Shown in pieces: positions 1 through 13,988 of a stretch of 64,000 bases of DNA. Below the pieces are notes generated by a model. It was given only the letters and a program-made list of their open reading frames with translations, ran no database searches and had not been told where the DNA came from. Where the stretch lies: the NCBI GenBank assembly GCA_032718475.1, contig JAUCBJ010007338.1, positions 25,450 through 89,449 on the forward strand. The letters run 5' to 3'. Every line of letters begins with the position of its first letter. Position 1 is the stretch's first letter. This DNA is from Nemertoderma westbladi. Lineage: Eukaryota; Animalia; Xenacoelomorpha. Position numbers and translations under genes: made by a program.

Positions 1-2271
1 CTGACTGGGGTGCTCACACTGCATTGTCAAGTTAATCTATGGATTGATTAGTAAAATCGACTAAATTTCAGAATATCATTTTCGGAGAACTATTCCCTAT
101 TGTCCCGCTAGAGGGGGAAAAATCGGAAAGTGCCTATTCATCCCATTGTCCATTTACTATATTTGCACTTGCTCCTACCTGGGCCCTTGGAGTTGAGTAT
201 GATCGTCTGTCGTTTTGTAGTCCGAATATTTGAACGCCTAATTCATTAAATTAACCAAACTTGATACACATGTAAACTGTCATTTTGACTGGCGCCCGGT
301 ATCACATTAGAGAATGAATTTGTCTCGCGCAGTACGAGTGATGCAGGAAGTACGCACGAACGTGGCATCTTATATTATATTAACGTATTCCAAGGTATTT
401 AATACCTTAATGAGGCCTTCCCGAAATGTATTCGTGCTGCCCAAGTACCACGCAAAGGCTCCACAATATATTATTATTATCAGTTTGTTTATTCACAATA
501 AGTGACATACTGTAGTAGTAAAACGACCGGTAGTTCACAGCACCAATGACAGTATAATTAATTTAAACGAGGGAGGTACAGGATGCACGTTATGTAGTTA
601 TGGCATCAAATGACAAATACTGTAAGTAAAAAATAGGGGTATCTTTCAGCCCTAACACGACAGACATAAAAATGTTTAAAACAGACCACGAACGCCCCAC
701 GCCTAGCACTGTTACTACAAAGATTGTAATAGCACTGTGGACGCATTTATTACATACTGTAGTTGTTTCTACCACCTATAACAGGATTCCTTCACAATAC
801 GGTGTGTGTGACATGTATGTGGCTGAGATAGTAAGTAATACAACACGTTCGTGGGGCCTTCGCGCAGCACGAGGCTCAGTTATGAGATACAAATTAAAAT
901 TGAGCAATTCTAACACAAAATCTGTATTTAAGAAATTAACCAAACCGCAAATAAATCATAAGAAGGGAAAGTTGCTCGCTTTCAACCCCCTCCCCCCTTA
1001 ATCTGCACCTCAACCCAAAGGCACACAGAGGATTGTTCACAGGCGTGTATTAACATAAAAATGGTGTTTTAAAAGTAATATATTTTAGGCGTGAGGCGAC
1101 CAAATTTATAAGAAATATTAATTTACCATGTCGATGTCACAACAAACTTATTTAGCTATATTTATTCTAAAGAATCTCCATTAAATACTCAGCCAAACAT
1201 TTTGCGAGATAAACAATAAGCAAGCTGTCTTATTACTCTAGGGCCTAACACTATTGCATGTCCTATAGAATTACACCTTGCTGGAATAGTGGTGAGGTGG
1301 AACTGGTCGGACTGATTCCTAGCCCGGCAAACACACCGGACGTGTTCTAGCACATTCACGTTCTAGATCAGTGATTGCACTTTGAGATATTTTGCCCTCT
1401 AGCGGCAGACTAGAGAACTGCAGACAGATGAGCCTCCTTTGAATGACACAGTTAATTGTCTAGTACAAATATGCCAAGTTTCAGCTGGAACGGGTTTAAA
1501 GCAAAGAAAATGTGAGGGTATTTAATATCTAGACATGTAGCCCTCTAGCGAGAGACTGATGATTTGATGGTGTCTGGAAGTCCCTAAAAAACAAAACTGA
1601 TGGTCTTATTGATGCCTACTAATTGTAGACTCGAAGGCTTTAAATCCGACGAAGTTATAAGTAAGTCAAAATCGTAGCGACGATGATGACATACAGTACC
1701 ATTATTGAATAAACTATTTGCCATAATTGACCTACCCCCCTAAGAGATAGCGTCAGTTCGCAAAGGCTCCACCAACTTCGCGGCTCGGACCCCATACCCC
1801 ATGCTGTAAAATGTATTCGATCGATATACAATTATATATTAATCCGCTAGGTGGTGTCAAATTAATATTCTGCAATTTCGTACTTGTACAGCACAGCAGT
1901 ACCGTACCGGTAGGCCTATGTCATTACTTCGGAGTCTCTAGCCGATCCCCAATTAAATGTCTTGACTTTTCAATTTCGTAGAAAATAGACTTTATGATTC
2001 TCTACAAGCAACCAAAATTTCAGCTCTGGAAAATGACGCGTTCCCGAGAAATTTAACATTTTCTAAAAACCACATAATCTGTCGTAGCTGACGTCAGACT
2101 ACGTCAGACTAAGTTTGGTTCAATTTCGAATCAGCGATGCCGAGAAATTCGCGTTCAAAGATTTACCAGACAGACGGACATGCCCCATTTGCCCTATGTG
2201 AACCGTATGCCAAGGCTCGACGTGTCTCGCCCCACAGTGCATTACGTTGATATTTCCAGGACCAGCTGTTG

Positions 2272-2345
2272 TGTACGATTACCAGCGTGGTTAGAGCGCC
2301 TGGCTTGTAATCAGAAGGTCTGCTGTTCAACCCCACATAGACACC
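2272..2345 (+). mobile_element. Degenerate tRNA-like sequence (TGT/Thr-like anticodon loop), probably a tRNA-derived SINE head or tRNA pseudogene
   Basis: A-box-like GTGGTTAGAGCG, anticodon arm CCTGG-CTTGTAA-TCAGA and B-box-like GTTCAACCC; the acceptor stem is not intact. Confidence 0.45.
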
Positions 2346-2953
2346 GATACGAATTTTGCGCAGTTCCTTTCAGTAATAATTCATTATGCACACGGTGCAG
2401 GATCCCTAGCGGTTATAATAGCCGTTTTAGGCCATTTCAGTGTGCTAAATCGGTAAACCTTATCTTCACCGAACTGTCTGATAAGTTATATCCATCAGGC
2501 ATTGTGTGATGAAAGGGACATTACGCGATATTCTAAATGATTTTAAATAAAATAACAACGAAATATAATTGGGCTATCGGGATCTTGGACAATAGGTTGT
2601 TCAACAGTGCTGTTTTATTTAACTTTTCACTGCGAATTTATTAGTTAAAAAATAGTTGACTTTCAACTAAAATCTAACTAAATTCCGAAAGCTGAAAGCT
2701 TTCGGGTTTATAGAGTTTTCTATTTCCCATTGTCCTTTGACTGTTCTGAACCATTTCGTCGAGTCTCGTCTCCTATCTCATTCTACATACCGTTTCTAAA
2801 ACTGTGTACCTTTTCTCTTACCTAACTTACTAGATCGAACCTGTATGGCCTATCTCATTCTTCATACCGTCTGGGCAACATTAATTCGCGAACTTTTTAA
2901 AGAGTACTTTTACAGGTTAGTAAAGGATGTTTTGTTTTGGTGGTATTAATTTT

Positions 2954-3171
2954 ATTACTTACGTAATGTGTACTTGATGATGACTTGACTTGATGTCTTG
3001 TCCTAAGCACATATATTGATATACACCTGTATTATTTAATGTGGATCATTCATTGTTGCTTACACATTACTTACGTAATGTGTACTTGATGATGACTTGA
3101 CTTGATGTCTTGTCCTAAGCACATATATTGATATACACCTGTATTATTTAATGTGGATCATTCATTGTTGC
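2954..3171. repeat. Direct tandem duplication of about 106 bp (period 112)
   Basis: attacttacgtaatgtg...cattgttgc occurs at 2954-3059 and again at 3066-3171. Confidence 0.9.
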
Positions 3172-3418
3172 CCTTTAATTACATTTGAAAAATTTAAAAT
3201 TTATTCTGTTTAACATGAAAATTAAAATTTAACCTAAAATTTAACATGACGACTGTTGATAAATCGTAAAAATTTGATTATTTGGTAATAGCGGCCAAAA
3301 AATCTACCTTAAAAAATAACATTATTACTTAATAAATTTTATTAGTTGTACCCACGCTACAGTACTGTAATTAAATTAATTAATGTGAATACGGTTCCTA
3401 AATATTTTTTTTTTGTAG

Positions 3419-3890
3419 ACAGTGGAAATAGATGAGTCGTTATTCGGTCGGCATGTGTAGCACCAACGGGGGAATCGCCGTGGGATGAAAGTTTGGATCT
3501 TTGGTTTGATCGAGAGAGACAAACTCAGCTATTCTATACCCAGTTAGTGATCGATCGGCCAACACCCTGGTTCCTCTTATCCAACGTCACGTTGCACCTG
3601 GTAGCGAGATTTACTGCGACGGGTGGTCGACCTACATCGCCCTAAACGAACTCGGTTATAAACCTTTTCCGTTATCCACAAGTATTCTTTCAAAAACAAT
3701 ATAAAAATGTTATAACCGGACAAATCGTCGACGTCCATACCAATTCCATCGAGGGGGCTTGGCAACATGCCAAAATCAAACAAAGCCACTTTGAGGGCCA
3801 TTTGGCTGAAGTGATGTGGCGAAGCATCGCAAAAAACCAAATGTACGAGAGGTTTTTCAACCTAATCCGGGACGTTTTCACCCTCGACGC
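3419..3890 (+). pseudogene. Merlin / IS1595 (ISXO2-like) DDE transposase remnant with a stop codon and frameshifts
   Basis: Manual translation across frames gives VEIDESLFGR..RG....KVWIFGLIER / YPVSDRSANTLVPLIQRHVAPGSEIYCDGWSTYIALNELGYK / VHTNSIEGAWQHAK / HLAEVMWR, the motif series of Merlin/IS1595 transposases. It is preceded by a polypyrimidine tract plus AG acceptor ending at 3418. Confidence 0.85.
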
Positions 3891-6800
3891 CCCTCCTAAC
3901 TACAAATATACTATTCCACTCTTCGATTCCTGGGGTGGTCCTGATGATATTCGGAATCCTACATGTGACAGCAATTCCGATGACGACCGAATCTATCCGT
4001 GGGTTAGCGACGCTGAATCCCTGTTGCAACCATTCCAACAAGTGCAGATAATAAACCGGTAATTGCAGCAGACCTGCAGCAACATACTTATAAGCTCTTC
4101 GCGCCACAGAGATGTTCTTCACCCATCCTGTGTTCGACACCGACGGAATCTGATGATGAAAGAAACAACCATTATCAGGGAAGGCGAATTATCCTCAATT
4201 CCATTTACCGATAGCCGACTTGCTAATTCTCCCAATATTGATGCCAGCACTTCATCTATAACGCCCTGGCAACCAGAGAAACCGGATTTGAGCCTCTCCT
4301 GTTCCTCGCGATCTTTGCTTTCATACCTTCTGTAAAAACCACACGCCTTCGTAGCCGCACAAAGAAGCGTATAGATGTCGTAGATGAAAAAGTGATTTCT
4401 GTATCGAATCTAGGTGAAACCATTCCCGCCGTTCAATTTGATAATACTGTTTCATTTTCTGGTGTCACAATCCCAGCTCAACAACATTTATCTCTAGGGT
4501 CTTACGTTGTGGACTATCCAGACGATACTTTGCCATCCACCGGATCCGTGGGATATCTTGAGACAGGAGGGTCTAGGCCTATATCGCTTTCAAATGATAG
4601 AACTGTAGAACATAACAGGAGATCTCGGAAGCGCCGAAGAGGCAAAACAACAAATGTTTGATGTCTGTAGGATTTCTCCCCTGTTGATTCTGATGACGAT
4701 CTCGGCGAATCAATCGACCCGAGGCAAAAGTCAGCCTGTTATACCAAGTCTGCATATATTTGGAACTTTTCTTCCGATGACGATTTCCAATAATCGTATT
4801 ATGTTGATAATCGATGTCCCATACAACTGTGTACTGCAGTATACAGATTTGTTTTATAATACAACAGTATAATATAATTATGGCCTATAAATGAATCAAG
4901 CACAAAACCGTTTATTTTCTAAGGGTGCTCAATATACTGTACAGTATGTATTATTTGTAGGAGTTTTTGAAGAGTTTATGAAGAAAGCCAGCCATTTAAA
5001 TATTTTTTATTATTTAGGCTTTTACAGTTTTGAATCTAATCACATGAAAGTTTTTTTATATGATAGATCAAAGATGGGGGCAACATAACTATCAGGTGAA
5101 ATTTTGTGAAAATATTTCTGCACCGCTAGGTGGCGCTGCAAATTTAGGCTAGATTTTTAGGTTTGTTATAAATAGTATTAAATTTTATTAACAAATAATT
5201 TCGAAAAGTTGTATGGATGTAGACACCCACAGAAAGTTTCAGACAAATTGCTCAAAAATGAATAACGGTACACTGAATATTGCTAACTTCAAACTGTCAA
5301 AAAGTTCAGGTTACCATTATTCCAAAGTAATCAGATATTACAGTAATTAAGCTGCTAGTGTCAGAGTGTTGTTAGTCAGTTAGTTTAGTATTCGAGTAAG
5401 CCATAGAATATTATATGGTACAATATGCAGATCCAGATAGGATTACGCCCAATGATGTAAACTGTAAATGAAATATTTATTATATATAGGCTGATAGGCC
5501 TAGTTAAGTCTAGGTTTAGGCCTAGTAATAAACATACTGTACTTATACAATATCTCGTTGAAGTACTTGCCACGTAGTATATTCAATGTGGGCAAAATAC
5601 ATTCAGACAGGCAGACAGGTCTCACATATCGTGTTGCGTTTTATTCACACAACTTTTATGATATCAACCACTTCGTCTAAACGGGGTGTAAGTAAATGAA
5701 ACGCCGACAACCAGACAACTGACAGCCAACACCGACAACCATTATTAAAGCCAATGAATTAAATGTTATTAATTGAGGGAACGGAACAGGTTACAGCGCA
5801 GGAAGGTGCATCGTCTGATTGTGGGGCGAGCCATGCATTGAGCGGGGGCTGATCTAGCTGTCTGTCTAGCAGTCAGAGAGTAGGCCCCTATCAGCCTATT
5901 ACAATACAATCTTATGAGTTTTAATGCAGCCTTTTGTGTTAAAAAAAAACGGTCCCAAGCCCGCAAAATTGCAGAGGGAGAACGCAATAAAGTTGCAGAT
6001 AGAGGCGTACATACAGACATACATATGTAGCCTACATAATGTACAGAAGCATACAGTCTATCCTTCAGTATATGGGCTACTTTAAGACTATGACCTAAAT
6101 TTTGAGTCTCAGTTATAGGAGTTTTATCTACCCACTGCATAGTATTGTACATTATATTGTATTATACTAACTGTAGCCTATTTCTACTTGTAAGCCAGTC
6201 AAAATCTACATGAATCAAAGTTCTGTCAATCAGTCAATCATTTCCTACTGACAGACTGACCACAGAACCAAGGCCGCTAGTGATTGACACTGTAGCGGCG
6301 CATATTTCGGTCCCGTTCAGCCGTTCCCATTGCATTTGCTTACAATTAATTATATTTATAGGCCTATACAAGTGTAGTCGTAGTGTAGTGTAGAGGTAGA
6401 CTACACTGGTATACACGTTTTGTATGCGTTTCTCACTCGTTTTTACTCTTGTACTATTTTTGCACTCTTTTGTACTATTATTGCTACTTTACTCTTTTGT
6501 ACTACAGTACTATATTGTACTTTTTTGTACAGATTCGTTGGACCGTATACGTAGGTACAGCAGTACAGGTACCGGTACCAGTACACAAAGTTGCCTTAAA
6601 GCTGTAGGTGGTCAGGCAGTAGTAGCATCTTCTTACATTTTATACCGTATCATTTGCGATTTTATTTTTCATTTTTTTTTTTTTTTTTTATTTGTACCGG
6701 TATCATTTTTGATAGGCCTATCACAAGTGTGGACCCGGGCCGGACCCTGCTTTTTTGAGACAGACCTGGACCCGGAACCGGACCTGGCAAAATGTTCGAC

Positions 6801-7067
6801 CCGGTCGTTTACTAGTGAGCTTAGTCTGGTAGTGATAGACGCCTATAAATGCAACAATATAGTGTTAAAAAACTCAATTAAAAACTCAAAACGAACTGGT
6901 GGGGATGGTGGCTGGCGGCTGGCGCTCCTCATGCAAGCTGGCAAGAGAGGCCATGAAGCCCATCTGGTGAGATGTCCTTAAAACACCATGCGCTGCTGTG
7001 GGGCTCAGTAACCTTACAGCCAAGGCGAGTGGTGACGGATAATGGATATCCGGAACTGGGTGTTTAT

Positions 7068-7350
7068 CCACCTTGGTGTAGTGGTTGCATTGAATTCACA
7101 TCTCCCGTAGGTCGTGGGTTCGATCCTCACATGGGCCAGGGCAGTTTTCGTTTCGGCACGAATGCTTTAAAGGGACCAGCCAGGGCGCATCTCTGCCTTG
7201 CATCCTTAAGTGGTAGCTAAATGAGTACTGGAGTTTCCTCTGGGGAGTAAAGTTCTGGGGGGACCGCACTGGAAATAAGTCGTCAGACTTTGTGCGTAAT
7301 CCCTGGCCTAGCGGCCGAAGAAAATTTACTTTTTTTTACTTTACTTTTTT
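7068..7350 (+). mobile_element. tRNA-derived SINE (copy 1) with a Nin/Deu-like central domain
   Basis: A-box TGGTGTAGTGG, B-box GGTTCGATCC, central CATCCTT...GCTAAATGAGTACTGG resembling the Nin/Deu core, and a (TTTAC)n-like tail. Homologous to 7592-8385 and 58080-58610. Confidence 0.7.
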
Positions 7351-7591
7351 AACTTAAGGCCCAGTGAGCAGACTGGGATGGCGTCTAGCCAGCAACCGGA
7401 TGCGGATACTGGATCCTCGATGGAGTTGAGGCGGGCGATGTCCAAAGTTGATACACCGTCCCTCAGCAGCTTAGAGCCACCGGGGACACGGTGTGGACCT
7501 GCTCCGGTACTAGTAGGATGGCTAAAACGTCTATCCTTATCTGATCTGATCTGAACTGATGGTATCTGACACTTGTTCCACCTTGGTTCAG

Positions 7592-8385
7592 GGCCCACCT
7601 TGGTGTAGTGGTTAGATCTGTAGATTGAATTGAATTCACATCTCTCTGAGGTTGTGGGTTCAACCCCCGCATGGGCATGGGGTCCAAGGCAGTTTTCGTT
7701 TCGGCATGAATGCTTTGTGGGAAGGTGGATGGGAATGTGGGAAGATGGATAGGAATATGGGAAGGTGGGTGGATGGGAAGGTGGTTGTTTATTGTTTCAG
7801 TTAGAAAATACAGCCTCGGTAACCTGCTTGTTTTTCTCAATTGGTAGGTATGAACAACGTTTATTTTGCCGCCTCTGTAACCTTCTCCTTTCCCTCAAAT
7901 GGTAGGTAACACTAGCAACAACGTTTTTTTGTTTTGGTTAGAAAAGCCCACCACTGTAACCTGCTCTTTCCCTCAATTTGTAGGTAACAATATTGTTTAT
8001 AGTTTTGGTTAGAAAGTGGCACTGCTGGCTGAAACCTGCTCGTTTCCTTCCATTAGTAGATAACAAAGAAACAAACAGCGTTTATTGATTCTTACATTCC
8101 AATCCACTTTCCCATTCCCACATTCACATTATCCCACCGATCTACCGACCAGCCCACCCACCCACCGATCTACCGACCAACCAACCACCCACGCACCCAC
8201 CCCTTTAACCAAATTCTGACTCATTTTCCTGGGCACTCTGGGAATGTTCACATGGGCCTTAGTTTCCTCTGGGGAGTATAGATAGTATGGGGTGACCAGA
8301 CTGGAAATAAGTCAGTAAGTCTCAGACTTTGTTCATAATCCCTGGATTAATGGCCGATAAAAATTTGCTTTAATTTACTTTACCT
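7592..8385 (+). mobile_element. SINE copy 2: head at about 7592-7716 and tail at about 8261-8385, middle replaced by an unrelated ~540 bp insert
   Basis: Head ccaccttggtgtagtggtt...ggcagttttcgtttcggcatgaatgcttt and tail agtttcctctggggagta...ctggaaataagtc...aatccctgg both match copy 1. Confidence 0.6.
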
Positions 8386-9462
8386 TGGTGTATTTTTTAT
8401 ACGATATAACAACAATAAAAAGCATTTGATTTGATTTATACTACACTACCCGGTATTAGTTTATACCGGTACCGGTACTTATATTATATAAACAAGGTAC
8501 GAAACGATCATCAAGTACAGTATGTTCCTACTTCCTACCCCTACCATATACCTGTGCTTGCTGCATTAGTTGCATGCCTGTACTGTAGATACAGTAACAG
8601 TACAGTATGTCACTTGATTCTATCTATCCCAGCAACCTGTTCTCTATTGGCTATTTACCTAACTGACAATTACCTTGCACAATATTATATCTCTTTCTTC
8701 TGATTGGTTATAGGATCAGAGGCTGTCAGATCAGGACGTCATTGCCGACTTTGCAAAGCTGTGTGCTCAATCAAAATTTAGTTTTGATTGAGAACCAGAG
8801 CAACATCAACCCAGACAACATTAAAATTGTAAAGTTTCAGAGGTAAAACAACCCACGAATAGTAGGCTTATTGTAGTGGTAGGCCAGGTTGGAATTCATG
8901 CATGAGCGCGCAGGTACGCTTTGTTGTTTTGAAATCACCGCGCACCTGAAATTGGCTCGTCGCGCACCTCATCATATGTCATAATCCAAACAAAATCGCG
9001 CAGCTCATGTCATGCATATCTCAAAAAATCGCACAGTTCATAAGAACAATTTTACATTCCTATTTTACAAGTTTGAGCGTTTTAAGCTTATCTTTACGTC
9101 TGTCTGTCTGTACGTTGAATCTAGGCTTACATAATAAATGTAATTTTTGCAACATCAAAATTGTTAATATTAAAAAATATTTTTTTAATCCACTACTATG
9201 GTGGCCCATCGGGCTCACTGCTTTTATAACAGAAAATATTATTTTAGATTACAAACAAAACATGTACCGGTAATTTCAAAAAAACGAATATTGAAATAGG
9301 TACCAGTCTGCCAATAATACTTTGTATAGACCTACCAAACAATTAGGCTTAAACATACAGTTGGCTTATAATTAAGTCATACTTATAATACATTGTTACT
9401 TTCTGACTTTACCTGTTTACTAACGTAACATCGGCATAGCATAGACGGGGACGTCTATTTAC

Positions 9463-9594
9463 ACCAAAAACACACAAAAACACACAAAAACTCACAAAAA
9501 CACACAAAAACACACAAAAACACACAAAAACACACAAAAACTCACAAAAACACACAAAAACACACAAAAACATACAAAAACACACAAAAACATA
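9463..9594 (+). repeat. (CACACAAAAA)n 10-bp subterminal array; inverse copy at 16204-16318
   Basis: Directly visible. Confidence 0.95.
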
Positions 9595-10772
9595 CGGCAC
9601 ATATATGAAATGCCTGCAAAGGTAATTATCATTGCGGTTTGGGTTGTTGTCTGTTTGTATGCCTGTTTGTCTGTATGGGATGTAATTAAATGTAATCCAA
9701 AACGCAATAGTTATTGCTGAAATACCTATAGGCATAGTCCAGTAGTCTACACTCAACAGGTACCTTCCCTTCAGTATAAATTAGATCATCGATGCACTCG
9801 ATCCTCTATGGAATTCCCATTATGAACATCACATATATTTCGCCTGGACGGATGCATCGCGCTTATTCAATCTAAACATTACTATATGATTGTGATCAGG
9901 CAGGCAGGTTATGGTTGATATCAGTTAATGATGCCTTTGATAAATTGCGCAAAGGGCGATTATTTACTGTTATACAGTAGATAGTGTGGTTGCGTTTCCG
10001 CCAACATCTCTTTCCAAGCTTGGTGAGAATAACTCTTCCGGGAAGAAAAATATACTCGATTTATGACTACCATCATCTGATCATATGTTGACGTCACATT
10101 AAATTCTACCTGCGAATCTGAAACTACAGTATTAGCTCGATTCATTCATACTTTGTCATCACCCTGTGTCTGTATTTCATACTATGTATGCTTAACAGAG
10201 GCATACCGAGGGTGGGGGGGGGGGGGGGGGGGGATTAGAAAATAATTAAAAAAAAAATTAATTATTTTATTGGGCCTATTGATGGAATAAAACACTTACA
10301 AAACCATTTTATTATTAAATCACCCAGGGCTTGCCACTTTGCAACAACAATGACATTATTTACTATATTTACAATTACAAGATCGTTTAAGTAGTTTGGA
10401 TTTATTAAGTATACAGTAGAGAAACGGGAAGTTTGATGTGATTTATTGGGACGATGTAATAAATATATTTGCAGAAGAATCATACTGTAGTAGGCCTATA
10501 AACAACATTTTTTAAAAATGTAATAATATTTTAAAATCGGTAATAAAATCGGAATTGTAGTGGAATTGAATGGCCATGATAAAACTAATTTATTTATTAC
10601 ATGGGAAAGCAAGACCAGTTATAACTGTATAAACTTCACGGCTTATATGTTCTTAAGTTTTTTTTCCCCTATGTAATATAGGCCTACGTTTTACCTTTTA
10701 TTCTTAATTTGGTACTTTATTGTGGCTTAATTCTTTAATAAAGGATAGAGTGATATATTGTTACAAAAAAAA

Positions 10773-11713
10773 TGTTTTGTTTTGTTTTAAAACAAAAACA
10801 AAGTTTTTGTTTGTTTGTTTTTGTTGTTTTTGTGTGTCTTTGTTTTGTTTTTGTGTGTCTTTGTTTGTTTTTGTGTGTTTTTGTTTGTTTTTGTGTGTTT
10901 TTGTTTGTTTTTGTATGTTTTGTTTGTTTTTGTGTGTTTTTGTTTGTTTTTGTGTGTTTTTGTTTGTTTTTGTGTGTTTTTGTTTGTTTTTGTGTGTTTT
11001 TGTTTGCTTTTGTTTGTTTGTGTGTTTTTTTGTTTATTTGTGTTTGTTTTTGTGTTTTTGTTTGTTTTTGTTTGTTTTGTTTGCTTTTGTTTGTTTTTGT
11101 GTGTTTTTGTTTGTTTTGTGTGTTTTTGTGTGAAATGTATGTTTTTGTGTGCTTTTGTGTGAATTGTATGTTTTTGTGTGTTTCTGTTTGTTTTTGTGTG
11201 TTTTTGTTTGTTTTTGTATGTTTTTGTTTCTTTAAGTGTCTTTTGTTTGTTTTTGTTTGTTTTTGTGTGTTTGCTTTTGTTTGTTTGTGTGTGTTTTTGT
11301 TTGTTTTTGTATATTTGTGTTTGTTTTTGGGTTTTTGTTTGTTTTTGTTTGTTTTGTTTGCTTTTGTTTGTTTTTTTGTGTGTTTTTGTTTAATTGTTTT
11401 TGTGTGTTTTTGTTTATTTTTGTGTGTTTTTGTTTGTTTTGTGTGTATCTGTTTGTTTTTGTGTGTTTTGTTTGATTTTGTGTGTTTTTGTTTGTTTTTG
11501 TGTGTTTTTGTTTGTTTTAGTGTGTTTTTGTTTGTTTTGTGTGTTTTTGTGTGAATTGTATATTTTTGTGTGTTTTTGTGTGAATTGTATGTTTTTGTGT
11601 GTTTCTGTTTGTTTTTGTGTGTTTTTGTTTGTTTTTGTGTGTTTTGTTTCTTTATGTGTCTTTTGTTTGTTTTTGTGTGTTTTGTTTGCTTTTGTTTGTG
11701 TGTGTTTTTGTTT
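10773..11713 (+). repeat. ~940-bp T/G-rich degenerate 10/20-bp array (TTTTTGTGTG/TTTTTGTTTG)
   Basis: Directly visible; it is the complement of element 1's terminal decamer. The overlapping F/V/C ORFs are artefacts. Confidence 0.95.
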
Positions 11714-12788
11714 ATTTAATGTGACGTCAACATATGATCAGATGATGGTAGTCATAAATCGAGTATATTTTTCTTCCCGGAAGAGTTATTCTCACCAAGC
11801 TTGGAAAGATATGTTGGCGGAAACGCAACCACACTATCTACTGTATTACAGTACTTAATCGCCCTTTGCGCAATTTATCAAAGGCATCGCATTAACTGAT
11901 ATCAACCATAACCTGCCTGCCTGATCACAATCATGTAGTAATGTTTAGATTGAATAAGCGCGATGCATCCGTCCAGGCGAAATATATGTGATGTTCATAA
12001 TGGGGATTCCACGGAGGATCGAGTGCATCAATGATCTAATTTATACTGAAGGTACCTGTAGAGTGTAGACTACTGGACGGTCAGCCTAAACACCCAACTA
12101 CACCCAACTTTCACCCAACTACACCCAACTTTCACCCAACTACACCCAACTTTCACCCAACTACACCCAACTTTCAGCCAACTACACCCACACAGTTCCA
12201 CCCCACTACACCCAACTTCCACTGCACTTCCACTTCCACTCTGCATCCAACTTACACCAAACTATACCTACTGTATGGCACCAAACTTCCACAAATTACA
12301 ATATGTACAGTAACAAACTCTTCGAGGAATTGCTGAGATATGAGCTTTTAAATGTTTCATGTACTGTATGTTGCCCCCACTGCTGAGCAATTATGAAAAT
12401 AACAAACTAACGTTTTATATTTATTGCAGGTTGGTTCTAGAATAATTGATGAATTTAGCAATAAATATACATGGGGAGACGCAGAGACTATTGACGAACG
12501 ATCCAAGCTACAGTATAAAACTAAACTGGCGCTGTGGGATTGTGGTGAAAATGAAAACGGTATTGATACACAGGGGGGTCACCGTCACAGCCTTAACGAC
12601 GAAATCGCATTGGAAACTTATGTTATGGGAATAGCAATGCAGATAATTTGTACAAAGTTAATGGACATAAGTTCTATATTATACAGTATGTTTAATGCAA
12701 TTATAATAATGTAATTATCCTTTATGTATCATAGAATACAAGAAAAAGAACTGTAACATTATTTTCAGCAGCTTTATTTTAATCTTGG

Positions 12789-13036
12789 GCCCATGTAAAC
12801 ACTTTCTGCCGTTATATATTTCACTTTGCAGTTGCCCCCATGTGAAGAATCCCAGGTTTTCATTAAAATCACAGGTTACAAAAGGGCTGAATCTAACCAA
12901 AACAATAAACGAAATTTAGCCGTATCAAAACGAAACGTATCAAAAAGATAAATTAAAAAAAATAAAAAATCTTCATACATAAAATTCCAATAAAATGTCG
13001 ACCGAAAAGTGAAATCCTGGTATTATTCACATGGGC
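12789..13036. mobile_element. ~250-bp MITE-like insert in the left TIR of element 2
   Basis: Absent from the right TIR. Ends are GCCCATGTAAA / TTCACATGGGC, and internal 12836-12862 is the inverse of 13010-13036. A similar end TTCACATGGGCC occurs near 8247-8258. Confidence 0.55.
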
Positions 13037-13495
13037 GAACTTTATGGCCTTTATATTAATTAATTTTTAACGAAACAACAGCAATAATTTTAGAACATTT
13101 TACATTTTTGATAAACTAAAAGGGGATCTGGTAAGATCTGTACAGGTCAAGGGAATTTCTGCAAGGAACTTATTATGATCTTCACATACAGGCGATGCCA
13201 GAATGGACAAGATCTCTACAGTATGAGAATCGATAAGATCGTTATACATTACAGATCTTACAGTAGTAGAAATAATAATTCATCACACTAGGGTAGAGAA
13301 TTGCAGACGTTGAGCAACGTAATCATATAGACGCGGTTTGTGGTCTCTAGTACATACTGTACAGTATATGTACAGTAGGATATGACAATATTCAGCTTAT
13401 TTTATTACAAACAACGAAATTGGAGAAGTGTATTTAATCTTTCAGACATTCCACCCATTCGAAAATCCTCATGTGATCAACATTGAGGTTTCCAA

Positions 13496-13988
13496 ACTAA
13501 TGTGTGCATTGTACTTGACACAATGAACCCGGCGTAGCATTCTTGTGAATGTGCCATCCAGAGATTTGGTGTCCTCAGCAGTTAGAGCCCAGCATGGACT
13601 CCCGTAGAGGAGTACTGGAACTACTGCTGCTCTAAATAATCGGACCTTGAGTTTCCGATTAATTCTCGGTGACTTCCAAATCTTGGAAAGCCTATTGAAG
13701 GCTGCCCATGCCTTTCCCTTACGTATTCGAAGGTCCTCACCTGACTTCCGGATCCATGATCCCAGGTAACAGAAGTTGTCCACATGCTCAAGCATACCAT
13801 CCTTTGAGCTTATGCTCATCCGATCAGAGACTTGCTGAGGACTTTCAAAGTTAACTGTCAAAATTGTGGTCTTTCTGGAGGTAATAAAAAGACCAACACT
13901 AGAAGCAGAATGTTCTAATGAGCTGAGGAGCCGTTGGGCTCCCTCTAATGATTCTGAGAGTACTCCTAAGTCATCAGCAAAGTCTATC
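13496..13988 (-). mobile_element. Internal RT fragment of a non-LTR retrotransposon (RTE-like)
   Basis: Open minus frame IDFADDLGVL...VGL...KT...VDNFCYLGS...RIRKGKAWAAF..L.KIWKS...KLKVRLF...LLYGS..W. Flanked by the 22-bp direct repeat TGATCAACATTGAGGTTTCCAA (13474-13495 and 13989-14010). Confidence 0.85.

Noticed and set aside
516-6814. TAGTAAAACGACCGG (516-530) and inverted CCGGTCGTTTACTA (6801-6814) as TIRs of a 6.3-kb element
   Set aside because: No matching TSD, and subterminal repeats occur only at the right end.
10720-11858. Phe/Val/Cys-rich ORFs
   Set aside because: Translation of a T/G simple repeat.
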